Below are positions 34,201-46,602 of a stretch of DNA of 64,000 nt, piece after piece (the stretch's first letter is position 1; each line of letters opens with the position of its first letter). Position numbers and translations under genes: made by a program. Source of the stretch: an uncultured Planctomycetota bacterium. GTDB lineage: Bacteria > Planctomycetota > Planctomycetia > Isosphaerales > Isosphaeraceae. The DNA lies in NCBI GenBank assembly GCA_963845755.1, contig CAWJTV010000011.1, positions 1,120,001 through 1,184,000 of the forward strand, written 5' to 3'. A model generated the notes under the pieces. It had not been told where the DNA came from, did no database searches, and saw nothing but the letters and a program-made list of their open reading frames with translations.

Positions 34201-34494
34201 ATGGGGGTGCCGGTGATTACCTGCCCCGGCGAGACCTTCGCCAGTCGGCACTCGCTCAGCCACCTCTCCAATATAGGCCTGACGGAGACGATCGCTCGGG
34301 ACCGGGAGGAGTATGTGGAACTGGCAGTCTCGTTGGCAAGCGACCGGCCGCGCCTGGCGGCGCTGCGGTCGGGGCTGCGTGAGCGAATGTCGGCCTCTCC
34401 GCTGTGCGATGGGAGGCGATTCGCAACCCATTTGATGTCGATTCTGCACGACGTTTGGGAAGGTGGTGTCCCGAGATTACGAGTAGAATTGTAG
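31293..34494 (+). CDS. TPR-array O-GlcNAc transferase / SPINDLY-like GT41 protein (frameshifts near 31712 and 32140)
   Basis: About 18-19 34-aa TPRs; RIGFVSPDLGRHPVG, DILFDLAGHT, FGSFNNLAK, LDPFPFSG..TCESLWMGVPV. Confidence 0.93.
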
Positions 34495-34688
34495 AGGCCG
34501 TTGCGAAGGTCGCGGTGGATGCTGAAGTGCGCCCTGGAACTGGACCACTTGGGAGCCATCGTTATGGCATGGCGAGCATGTCGAACCATACAGGGCAATC
34601 GGCAGGAATCCAACGCTCCTTGGGCTTGATCTTTGCTTGATCGGTCACGAAAGACGCAGAGAGTGCGCTGCCCGCGCCGCAATCGACC

Positions 34689-37600
34689 TCAGGCCAGGGC
34701 TTCCAGCAGCGACCCAGCCTCCACGAGGTCCGGTGTCGTGAAACCTTCCGTATACGTATCGAAGACGGCCGCCAGCGCGGCGCGGGCCTCGCCGCGACCG
34801 CCCTGCCGCTGCCAGAGCCGGGCAAGGCTCATCCTGGCCCGCAGCTCCCAGGCCCGGCTCCGCTGGTGTCGGGCGATCTCGATGGCACGGCGGAAGCATT
34901 CTTCTGCGGCAGCGGCCTGGTCGGGCGACTCCGCCAGCAACAGCTCGCCTTTGAGGCGGTGCAGCTCGGCCTCCTGGAACCGCTCGTCGTTCCTCTCCGC
35001 GATTGCCAGGCCCTCGTCCAGCGCCCGCGCGCGTCCCCGAACCGGCCGGCCTGAGTGTAGGCATCGCCCAGGGCGCTGAGTTGGACCGGAAGGATCAGTT
35101 CGGCGCCCGTGGCGCGCCAGGCGTGGACGCCCTTGAGGATCAAGGGAATCGCCTCCTCCACCTGACCTTGGTGGAGCATTCCGTCGCCCTTGTAGAAGGT
35201 CCCCGAAGCGATCCACCACGCAAACCCTAGCTCGGTTGAGATCGCGAGGGATTCCTCGCCGGCCGTCTGAACCTCGGTCCCGAGTCGGCAGCACTGGTGC
35301 AGCAAACCCGTGTGGTGCAGAGCGTAACCCAGAGTGAACGGGTGGCCGACCGCGCGGGCGAGCTCACGCATCTCTCGATTGATCCTGAGAGCTTGATCCG
35401 GGAATCCCAGGTGCCAGAGGGACATCGCCAGATGGCAGCGATTGGCGACTCGCGGATCCGTGCTGGTGTAGGCGGCCCAGTCCCGCTTATCCTCCGGGCA
35501 GTCGTACTGGTCCACGGCCATCGCGAGTCTGTCGTGGGCGCCGGCGAAATCAGCGCGGTAGAGCATCGTCTGCCCCACCCACTTCAAGGCTTCCATCACA
35601 ATGCCGCGATCCCCGAGCCGATTGGCAAATTCCATCCCCTCGTCGGCCAGCCCCGTGCACCGCCGAAAATCGCCGCGCGTGAAGTGAAACACCCAGCTTC
35701 CAAACATGCTGGCGAATACTTGCGTCGGCTGACCCACCCGCTCGCTCAGCTCACGTGCCCGCGCGAAGACGGGGCCGACCCCGGGGGCGGAGTAACCGCG
35801 CGATGCGATGTAGGCGGCGCCGAGAGGGCGGAGCAATGCCATTTCCCGCGCGTCCCTCTCGGGGGAATCGTCCAGCGTCTCCAGCAGCGTTCAGCCCCCG
35901 GGACAGGTGGCTGATCGCTTCGCTCTCCGCCGATCGCTCCCGCGAGCGCACCCCCGCCTTGAGCCAGTAGGCGACCGCCTTCTCGGTCAGCCCGGCCTCG
36001 GTGAAGTGGTGGCCCAGCAGCTCCGGTTGCGTCTCGGCGGTCTGCGGGAACTCGACCTCCAGCACCTCGGCGACCCGCCGATGGAACTGTTGCCGCTTGC
36101 TCTTGACCAGTGCGTTATAGAGCGCATCTTGCAGGAGGGCATGCTTGAAGACGTAGGTGCAGCGGGGGGGCCGGCCCTTCGCATACAGGATCTCCGCCCG
36201 CGTCAGCTTGCCCAACTCCGCCTGGAGCGCCGGCTCGTCCATGTCCGCCACGGCGGCGAGCAGCTCGTAGCTGGTCTCGCGGCCGAGCACCGCGGCGAGC
36301 TGGCCCACCTCCCGGTCGCCCTCCATCCGGTCCAGGCGGGCCATGACGAGATCCTGGAGCGTGGCAGGGATCTCGCCGCGCCATGAGGGTCCTGACCCGC
36401 GTGCTGTCTCCCTCTTCCTGATCCAGCACGCCCGACTCTTGCGCCAGCTTCGTGAACTCTTCGACGAATAGCGGCACGCCGGCGGTCCGTTCGTAGATCT
36501 GCTCGACCACCGCCTCCGGAGTGGCAGTCCCCAACTTCTTCTGCATCAGCTCGCCGACCTGGCGCCGCGTCAAGCGGTTCAGGGCCAGGCTGGTCTGATG
36601 GGCGACCGCGGGCCACGGCGTCTGGAACTCGGGGCGGAAGGTCAGCAGGGTAAGGATGGAGTCGTGCAGGCCCTCGGCGAGGAACAGCCCGAGGAACTCC
36701 AGGGTGGAGGCGTCTACCCAGTGCAGGTCCTCGACGACGAACAGGACCGGCCTCCGCGCGGCGAGCGTGTGCAGCCACTCCAGCATGGTCTTGAACGTCT
36801 CTTCCCTCTGCCGGATCGCGGGCAACGAGAGCGGGGGGAAGCGGTCCGTGGTCGGCAGCGATAGCAACGACGCCCACAGCGGCACGGTCTCCGGCCGGGC
36901 CAGGCCGTAATGCTCCAGGCGGTGGAGCAGTCGGTCGAACCGGGCCTGCGGCGGCTCGTCGCGACCGAATCCGAGGGCCCGCTCGTAGAATTCGATGGCC
37001 GGGTACAGCCCCGTGTTCTGGTATTGCGGCGCACGCGCCACTCGATGATCGGCGCGTCCACCTCGCCTTCGACCATCCGCCCCAGGACGTGCTCCTTCAG
37101 CGTGTGCACGAGGCGCGACTTGCCCAGGCCCGGCTCGCCGATGAGCAGGACGATCTGGCCCATGCCCTCCAGGGCTTGCTCCCAGCGCTCCTTCAGCAGG
37201 CTGATCTCTTGGTCGCGGCCGGTGAGTGGCGTGAGCCCAACCGGCCCCGCCACCTCGATCGGGTCGCGTACCGGGGCGACGGCCCGTACCCGGAACAGCT
37301 CGGTGGGCTGCGCCACGCCCTTCAGTTTGAGGCTGCCGAGGCTGTCGCATTCGAAGTGGGCCTGGAGCAACTGGTGGGTGGCCCTGGTGCAGACGACCTG
37401 ACCGGCCGCGGCCACGTCCATGAGCCGGGCCGCCACGGTGCGTGCCTCTCCCACCAGCGAAACCGACTCCTCTCCCGCCTCCACGACGGCCGGTCCGGTA
37501 TGGACGCCGACCCACGGATTCAGCTCCAGCGTTTGTCCGCGGCGGAGCCGCTCGCTGAGGGCTTTCAGATCCTCCAGGAGGCCGAGGCCGGCCAGAGCGG

Positions 37601-38936
37601 CGCGGCGGGCGGCGTCCTCATAGGCAACCGGGTAGCCGAAGCAGGCGAGCAGCCCCCCCTCATTGCACTGCACGACCGACCCACCAAACCGGCATACCGC
37701 CTGCTCGCAAGCCTGTTCGAAGGCCCGCAGCAGCTTGACCTGGTCCTCCGCGTCGATTTCCAGATACGCCTCGGACTCGAACAGACCGCAGCCGCAGACC
37801 AGGACTGTCACCTGGCGGCGTTCGGCCTCGCGGGCGCCGCGCCGGGACGAGGACGGCTTCGGGGTATCGGGTCCCGATGGGGCCTGCGGTGCCGCGCGGA
37901 CCTCATCCGTCGGTATTGAGACCGGCGCCTGCGGGGATGCCGGCGTCTGGACGGCGCGACGCAGGTCGTCGGCGAAGTCTGCCGCGGTCGTGTAGCGGTC
38001 CGAGAGCCGCTTCGCGAGGGCCTTGAGGCAGGCCCGCTCCAACTCGGGCGGGATCTCGGGGCGGAGCTGGCGCGGGGGCTGCGGATCGTCGTCGCGAATC
38101 TGCCGCAGCAACTCCCGAATGTTGCGCGCCCGGAACGGCAAGTGGCCGCAGAGCATCTCGTAAAGCACCACGCCCAGGCTGTAGATGTCGGTGCGGCCGT
38201 CGATGCGGTGCGCCGCGCCGGCGACCTGCTCCGGCGCCATGTACGCCGGCGTGCCGGAGATGACGCCGAGTTCGGAACCACCTGCCCCGGCCTCGTCGAG
38301 GCCCAGCCCGAAATCCACGAGGATCGGGCCGCGGTCCGGCGTGAGGATGATGTTCGCCGGCTTGATGTCGCGGTGGAGGATGAGGCGGGCGTGGGCGTGG
38401 GCCAGGGCATCGGCCAGAGCCGCCGCGATCCGGGCCGCCTCCGGCCAGGGCGGGCGGTGATCCCCCAGCCACCGGCTGAGGTCGGGGCCGTCGAGGAAGT
38501 CCGAGACGATGTAGACTTGTCCCCCATCCAGGCCGATGTCGTGGACCGTCACGATGCCGGGGTGGCTCAGCCGGGCGAGCCTGCGGGCCTCCTGGAGGAA
38601 CCGCTCCGCCTCGGCCTGTGGCCCCTCGGGGCCGCCGCGGAGGACCTTGATGGCGACGGGCCGATCGAGCTGCGTGTCGTGGCCAAGGTACACCGCGCCG
38701 AAGCCGCCGGTCCCCACGACGTTCCGCACCTGGTAGCGGCCGAATGCGGCCGGAGGGGACGGAGCGTCCTTCCTCGTCGTCGGCTTGGCCGGCTGACCCG
38801 GCGTCAGGTCTATGGTCAGATCCGAGTCGCTCCCCGGCTCGGGATTACTGACGGCCGGGCTGGAAAGAGCGGAATCCGACTGCACGGCGACATCGCCCGA
38901 GGGCTCGTCTGGGTGGGGCTTACCCGTCGGGTGCAA
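34689..38936 (-). CDS. Ser/Thr kinase - cyclase-like - AAA ATPase - TPR fusion protein (frameshifted)
   Basis: GTGGFG, VAIK, HRDIKPAN, DFG; ERRQVTVL..FGYPVAYEDAARRA; GEPGLGKS, VEDLHWVD; EAELHRLKG, WELRA..SLARLW; SD GAGGAGG before TTG 38936. Confidence 0.9.
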
Positions 38937-39227
38937 TGTTGTTTCCTCCTCGCGACACAGGGCAGGCGATTGTGCCGATCGCGCGAATGGAAGGCGGAGT
39001 GCCTGGGACGGACGTAGCGGTTGGAGACCCTCAAGGACAGGATCGGCGGATCCGGAATCTCCGACGACCATATCCTAGCAGCATCGACCGATCCTCCGCG
39101 AGAGAGCGGGCGACCATCGCTTGCTGCGAAGACCTGGAGATGCAGGAAGACCGGTTGATGCGGCGCTCTGCGGAATGAACGGACGCAGAAGGCGGTTGGG
39201 TTTTGCCCATTCGCCATCGCGTGGCCA

Positions 39228-39365
39228 CTTCCAGCGGGCGACACGCTCGGGCTTCAACTTGTGCTGCCGTGCCACCTCGCCCTGGCTCGTCAGGCCGGTG
39301 AGGACTTCGAGGACGATCTGGGCCTTGAACTCGGCGGTAAAGGTTCGGCGGCGACGCTTGGGCAT
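39228..39365 (-). pseudogene. IS3-family OrfA (HTH) transposase remnant
   Basis: MPKRRRRTFTAEFKAQIVLEVLTG...VARQHKLKPERVARWK, then homology is lost. Confidence 0.75.
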
Positions 39366-39517
39366 GAGAGGACGCTCCTGGGAGGCCAGTATTGACTATC
39401 GTACTGGTCCAATCCCAGGGGCGCAGTTCAGGCGCCCGCCCCAGTCTCATCTGAGCGAAGGCATCGATCGGCTCAGGGACGAGATGGGACTGAAACGGGC
39501 GTGAGCCGTGGTGTCCT

Positions 39518-39667
39518 AACGCGGCCTTCGGCCGCAACCCCATCGGGATTCCGGATTCGCGATTCCGGATTCCCGAAGGGGAATGATCCGGGAATCCGGA
39601 ATCGCGAATCCGGAATTCGGAATCCCCAGATGCGCGCAGGGCGCAGGGATCCTACGGAGGACGACTC
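39518..39667. repeat. Third copy of the heptamer-arm hairpin element
   Basis: aacgcggccttcggccgcaacc plus an identical block of about 60 bp (gattcccgaagggg...ggaatccccag) shared with 13597-13658. Confidence 0.9.
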
Positions 39668-39870
39668 TAGGGGCGGGTGTTAACGGCTCTGTGATTTCCA
39701 AGCAAGAAGCGATAGGCAAGATACGGCACCACTAGGACTGGGGACACGAACAGAAGAGAAGCGACGAAGATGCCGAGGAGGACGGCCAGTTCGGGGAAGG
39801 CACAGAAGTACCCGATGATCGCGATCGCGATCATGCACCAGCCGATAGTGAACTGTGTCGCTCGGACCAT
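39667..39870 (-). CDS. Small hydrophobic membrane protein
   Basis: 67 aa, QFTIGWCMIAIAII start typical of planctomycete small membrane proteins; SD GGAGG. Confidence 0.5.
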   Translation of the reverse strand: MVRATQFTIGWCMIAIAIIGYFCAFPELAVLLGIFVASLLFVSPVLVVPYLAYRFLLGNHRAVNTRP

Positions 39871-40034
39871 GGCGGGCCCTCCGAATTCGATGAACAGAGA
39901 TCGCTCTCGATCCAGTGTACGAGGACGGCGCGGCTCCAGCCGTGTTCAACCGTTGCACGGGCGTACCAGAGACGTTCCTTGGGGTCCTTGATCTGGTCGA
40001 GGATAACGCAGTTGTGGAACCAGGGAAGTTGTGT

Positions 40035-40822
40035 ACCCGATGACCGCCTGGAAGAACAGCGTCCACTGGGCGAGGTAACTGGTGTCCGCCGTGTCGGGTC
40101 GCTTTCGCGCCTCGGCCATCGCCTTGAGGTGATGCGCGATGCACTTGTGGGTGCGGTAGGGAACGTTCTCGTAGCTGGCCAGGCAGTCGCTGACCAGCAC
40201 CCCCGGAAAGTCCGCGCCCAACGTGTCGGTCACCACCTCACGGCCGCGGCTCGACTCGACCCGGTAGACCGTCGCGATGTCGGTGGTGAAGACCCACAGC
40301 CAGGCCCCCGGTGCGCCGACATACCAACTCGTCTCATCGACGAATACCGCCGCCGCCGCTCGCACGTTGACGATCAGGGCCGCGTAGGAGGCTTCGGCCT
40401 TCTGCCCAACCCGCTGCACCCGCTGCGCCAAGCCGCCGGGACTCAGCCGCAGCCCAGCGACCTGCTCGAGGACCCGGCAGGTCGTTCGCATCGTCAAGCC
40501 GTGCTGCTTGTTCAAGGTGGCGGCCAGCGCCTGGGCCCGCGGCCCCAGTTGCGTCGCGGCGGCCCCGGTGGCGTCGGAGGTCTTCAGCGGGTGCGTGCTG
40601 TGGACCTCACCGCAGTGGGGGCACACGCCGCGATACGTGACCAGATGGGTGACCCGCGGTTGGACCACCGGGATTTCTTCGATGAACTGCTCGATCGGCT
40701 CGACCCCTTCGACGGCACCACCGCAGTGGGGGCAGGCCGGCAGCGGCACTTCGATATGCTCATCAACTTGCGCGGGCACGGGGCGAGAGACGCCCGGATG
40801 TCCCTTGGGACGGCCGGGCCGC
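40035..40822 (-). pseudogene. IS66-family transposase internal fragment
   Basis: GRPKGHPG, CPHCGG zinc finger, VDETSW, WLWVF, VLVSDCLASY, KCIAHHLK; both ends missing. Confidence 0.88.
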
Positions 40823-40825
40823 TCG

Positions 40826-40895
40826 CAGCAGCCTGCTGCACAATTGGTTCATCGGGCCAGCCGTCGGCGAAAGCCCGCATGTCTTTGAGGTTGCC
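40826..40895 (-). pseudogene. DUF1016/YhcG N-terminal fragment
   Basis: NLKDMRAFADGWPDEPIVQQAAA resembles the DUF1016 NLKYMRAFAEAWPD..IVQQ motif. Confidence 0.65.
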
Positions 40896-41027
40896 GTGTC
40901 GGCGTGACGACAATCGGCCGTGATGAATCCTGAAGATACCATGGTCGGCCGGAATTGTCAGGGGTTATCGCCGTGGCCGTTCTGTTCGTGGGGCGCTTCG
41001 TTGCCTCTGTTGGGCAGGGAATCGTCT

Positions 41028-41411
41028 TCATAGCCGTTGCGCCGCATACGCGACCAGTCTGCTAAGCGTCGTCAGTCCATCGGAAGTGATCCCCAGCTCG
41101 AACAGCCGCCGGGCTGTCTCTTCGGCATTGACGAAGCCGGGGGTGTCCAGATAGCGGAAGATCATCACGAACTCGACCAGCACGGGGTAAAGGTCTTCCA
41201 TCTCCGGCATGACGGTGAACAGGGATCGCAAAAGACGGCTTGGTTCATACTCGGCCGCCCCCTCCAGGCCGTCGGTTAGAAGCAATCCCGCCCACCAGAG
41301 CAGATAACCCTCACTGAAGGGGGCAAGCTGCACGATGCTGCCGAACGGGCCGAATCGTATGGCGCATTTCTTCTGGGACGTCACGGGGGTGCTCCTCTCC
41401 TGTGTTGCCAT
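41028..41411 (-). CDS. Hypothetical protein, 127 aa
   Basis: MATQERST... reads from the minus strand (CAT at 41409-41411, TCA at 41028), although the ORF track labels it +. Confidence 0.5.
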   Translation of the reverse strand: MATQERSTPVTSQKKCAIRFGPFGSIVQLAPFSEGYLLWWAGLLLTDGLEGAAEYEPSRLLRSLFTVMPEMEDLYPVLVEFVMIFRYLDTPGFVNAEETARRLFELGITSDGLTTLSRLVAYAAQRL

Positions 41412-41644
41412 CCTAAGATCGGAGCCGGTTCCGGTTCAATGGCCGTCGAGCCGATACAGGCAATCATTTCCGGGGAGGGGACGGTAGCGGGAAATAATCC
41501 TTTTGATTTCTCGCGATGCCTCGGTTGCGGGTCGCGTAAATGACGAGGAGGTTAAGCAGCCGACCACTCTGGCGGGTCCGAGGTAGCGACCGCAGGCGCC
41601 CGGTCGGCGTCGAGACTCACGCCAACCCGCGCGGCCGGGCGCAG

Positions 41645-42571
41645 TCACGGGCCCGTGTACTGGACCTGGACCTCAGTGCCGCCGATCAGGCTCGACTTCG
41701 CGATCACGCCCCCCGACCCATTGACCATGTTGATCAACTGGGCAGAACCGGAATCGACCGTCGCGCCCGATTGCGTTCCGGCATTGCAGTCGGTGAAGTC
41801 CACCGTGTCGAAACGGGCCAGCGTATAGCCGAGCTGACTCAAAAGCGCCTCCACGATCCACTCGGCGCTGCTCCCAGCCACCTGGGTGCCCGACGGCGCC
41901 GTCGCATGAAAGAACCCGCCCGTGTTGGTCGTGTTGTTGCTCAAGAAGACCGCCGCGCTGGTCGTCGAACCCTGCGTGATGCAAATGAGCAGCGAGATCT
42001 CGTTGCCCGGCGCAAAGCTCAGGTTCGTGATCCAGAACGATCCGGCCGGGAACCACTCCCACCAGGGGTTGTATTGATGCTGCGGTGCTCCGCCGGAGGT
42101 TTCGACGTCGGAATCGCAGCCGGCCTGAAGGATGTCGCCCGTGCCGTTGTCGCCGTCGATGCCGATCCACGTCGAACGCAAAGTACTCGACGTTGTCCTG
42201 AGCGCCTCCCGGCATATAGCTCTGCGGAAAGCGCCAGGTCGAACTCCACCCACTTGATGCTCGTCCCCTGGGGCGGGACCACATAGGCACCCGCCCAGTT
42301 GGAGGTCTCCTGCGGGCCGTGTTTTCCCAGCAGGTGCGGAAGCTTCTTCCGGCGCGGCTCGCGCGGTTTGAATTCGGGCTGAATGAATCGGTATTCCTTG
42401 TGACTCAACTTGCGAGTCCACCGATCGGCCAGTTCGGGGAACTCAACCGGACAGCGAGGATAGCCGTACATGGCGCGCCTCGCGGTCTGTTGCCTTGGCT
42501 GGGTCAATGCCCGGCGGCGGTGGCGGAAACGTGCGGACGGTCACCCCACCCGGAAGCTGAATCTCACGCAT
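41645..42571 (-). CDS. Glutamic peptidase family G1 (eqolisin) with propeptide; frameshifted
   Basis: TFPPPPPGIDP...YGYPR propeptide; SNWAGA, WIGIDG, ILQAG (catalytic Q), WWEWFP, SAEWIVEA (catalytic E). Confidence 0.9.
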
Positions 42572-42930
42572 CGTGTTCTCCCTTCGCTCTTGGAGTTCCT
42601 CAACGGCGGTTCGGCCAAGCCCACATCGCAGTCATCTAATGAGATCAACCGACCGGGCTCAGCAGCGAAACGCTGGCTGATTTTTTGCCAAGGGAGGAAC
42701 GAGGCCGGAAGCAGGGTGCCCTGCGCAGACCTCGGTGGATCCTGGCGTCCCGAGCTGGCACTTCCAGTCCTGAACATCGGTGTCCAGGACTCGGCGGGTC
42801 TCCCCTGGGTGTGCTGGGCGAGCTTCTGGCTGCGGAGTTCTTCTGTGGCCGAAAGAGGGGTCCGTGCTTGAGCCCGGCCTGAGTGACGTACTCGGCGATT
42901 GCCTCGGCGGCAGTGAGGACCCTCCGGGCA

Positions 42931-44214
<1,284 letters not shown>

Positions 44215-44268
44215 GCTTGTCACTCCAGATCGAAATCACGGCCGGAACAGGGACGTAGCCGGACCGGG

Positions 44269-44373
44269 GACCAGAACGAGGGCATTCCTCAATCACACTA
44301 ACGGTTGGGACCGGAAGAAACCAGAACGAGAGACCAGAACGAGGGCATTCCTCAATCATCCTGACGGCTGGGT
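44269..44373. repeat. 63-bp-period tandem duplication upstream of clpX
   Basis: gaccagaacgagggcattcctcaatca at 44269-44295 and 44332-44358 with degenerate continuation. Confidence 0.85.
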
Positions 44374-44601
44374 CATCTCGAGGACGCTCTCATATCGCCC
44401 GTGGGTACAATGGCAAAAACGCGACTCAAGGACTGCATCCCAGGATTCGGATCGGTTGAACGCAAGCGACGGCGGAAGTACAATCGCCGGATTGCCAAGA
44501 TGATCATAAAGATCGACCTGGAGCAGTCTACGACCCGCTGGTCCCGGGGATGCCTTCCTGGCGTCGGATGGATGTCGGGTCGCCGATCCGGGACGTCTGG
44601 T

Positions 44602-46348
44602 ATGAGGAGTCGGTTCGCGGCAATCGCACTGGTGGCTTCGACGTTGTCCGGTTGTGGCGGAGGACCTTCGTCCAAACCACCACCGATCCCTGCTGGGCCG
44701 GTCCCGGTGGCGAATGCCGTTCAGCCGGCTCCCGCTTTGACAAAGGTTGAGGCCGCGGCAGGACCGTTCCGGTTTGTCGATATCTGTCCCGGCTCCGGCG
44801 TCGACTTCGTCCACGTCTCGGGCATGACCCCGCAAAAGCTCTTCCCGACTGCCAACGGCTCGGGGGTTGCGGTCTTCGACTTCGACGGAGATGGCAAGCT
44901 CGACCTCTATTTCGCCACGGGCAATGCCCTGCCGCTCTCGGCGGCGCCGGATGCCCGGAACCGACTTTACAAGAACCTGGGCGGAGGAACGTTTCGCGAC
45001 GAGACGGAGCGCTCCGGCCTGGGGTTTCGAGGCTACTGCCACGGCATTACCGTGGGCGATATTGACAATGATGGCGATCCGGATCTGTTCTTGAGCAACT
45101 ATGGGGGGGACGCCCTGTTCGTCAACAAGGGCGACGGCACGTTCACCGAGGTCGGCCGTGCGGCGGGGATCTTCCGGCCCGGCACCTGGTCGACCAGCGC
45201 CGCGTTCCTCGACTATGATAGCGACGGCGATCTCGACCTGTACGTGAGTCGCTACGGCGATTGGCAGTACCCGCGAGACGACAAACTCTGCGGGGACGAG
45301 AAGCGGAGGATCCGCCGCTATTGTCCTCCCGCCGAGCTCAAGCCGGTCAAACACACCCTTTTCCGAAACAACGGCGACCGGACCTTCACCGACGTGACCG
45401 ACCAGGCGGGACTCGGCCGGCCGGACGGGCACGGCTTCGCGGCCCTCGCGGCCGATCTGGACGGCGACGGCAAGATCGACATCTATGTGGCCAACGATAG
45501 AGATCCCCATTTCCTCTATCTGAATAACGGCGATGGCACCTTCCGCGATGTTTCGGAGAAGAGCGGCGCGGCTTTTGACATCGATGGTCGGGCCCAGGCC
45601 GGCATGGGTGTCGACGCCGAGGACGTCGACGGCGACGGCCGGCCCGAACTGTTCGTCACCAATTTCGCGAACGAGTACAACACGCTCTACCGAAACCTGG
45701 GAGGGGGATACTTCTTCGACGCCACCGGCGACTTCGGTCTCGCGGTCGACAGCATTCCATGGATTGGCTGGGGCTGCGCCCTGGCCGACCTCGACAACGA
45801 CGGCTGGCCGGACAGTCGTCGTGGCCAACGCCAATATCGACGACAATGCCGAATCCCTGGGCCAGTCGCTCGACTATCGGGAGCCGCCGCTCTTACACCG
45901 GAACCTCGGCGGCCGGCGGTTTCGCCTGTCGACCTCGGGTGCAGGGGCCTATTTCGAGGGTCGGCACCTCGGCCATGGCCTGGCGGTCGGAGACCTTGAT
46001 GACGACGGCGACCTCGATCTGGTCATCAGCCACAAGGACGGTCCACCTGCGATCCTTCGCAACGATACGCCGACCGGAAACCACTGGATCCGCTTTGCCC
46101 TGGTTGGGACTCGCGGATCCCGCGACGCCGTGGGGACGCGCGTCGAGGTCGAGGCCGGAGGGCGGGTCATCTGCCGACAGAAAAAGAGCGGACACAGCCT
46201 CATGTCGTCGCACGACCCGAGGATTCTGGTGGGCCTGGGCCCGTCCGAGGTCGTCGGCCGGGTGACCATCCGATGGCCCTCCGGCATGATCAGCACGCTC
46301 GACCGGCCCCTCGTGGGACGAACCCATGAGATCGTGGAACCGAGGTAA
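44602..46348 (+). CDS. CRTAC1-family (FG-GAP + ASPIC/UnbV) lipoprotein; frameshift near 45812
   Basis: Lipobox LSGC; many DxDxDG repeats; SRDAVG.RV...HDPRILVGLG...RWPSG. Confidence 0.92.
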
Positions 46349-46602
46349 GCCCAGGGGTCTTTGGGAACGTGGGCGATCATGGTTCCTGCCGGCGCTCGAC
46401 TGCGTTGTCACGGCGATCCAACCCGAGGCCGCGACCACCCACCGAGACAGCCCGTGCCCAGGAGCGCCTGGAACGGCAGGTGAATTGCCAGATCGAAGCC
46501 GCGGGGATAGAGTGTAGCGGTGCGGGTGGGCCGCGATTCCAGACTGCGGCGTGGATGCGGTTCGAAGCAACCCCATGAGGTCGGATTGACTCCGAACCAT
46601 CG

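Noticed and set aside
34689..38936. TOMM/RiPP biosynthetic cluster suggested by the kinase-cyclase fusion
   Set aside because: No YcaO, dehydrogenase or precursor peptide genes nearby.
41028..41411. ORF track lists this protein on the + strand
   Set aside because: The given translation matches the reverse complement, so it is annotated on the minus strand.
44269..44358. 27-bp repeat with a 36-bp gap as a mini CRISPR
   Set aside because: Only two copies, similarity continues into the would-be spacer, and no cas genes; it is a tandem duplication.
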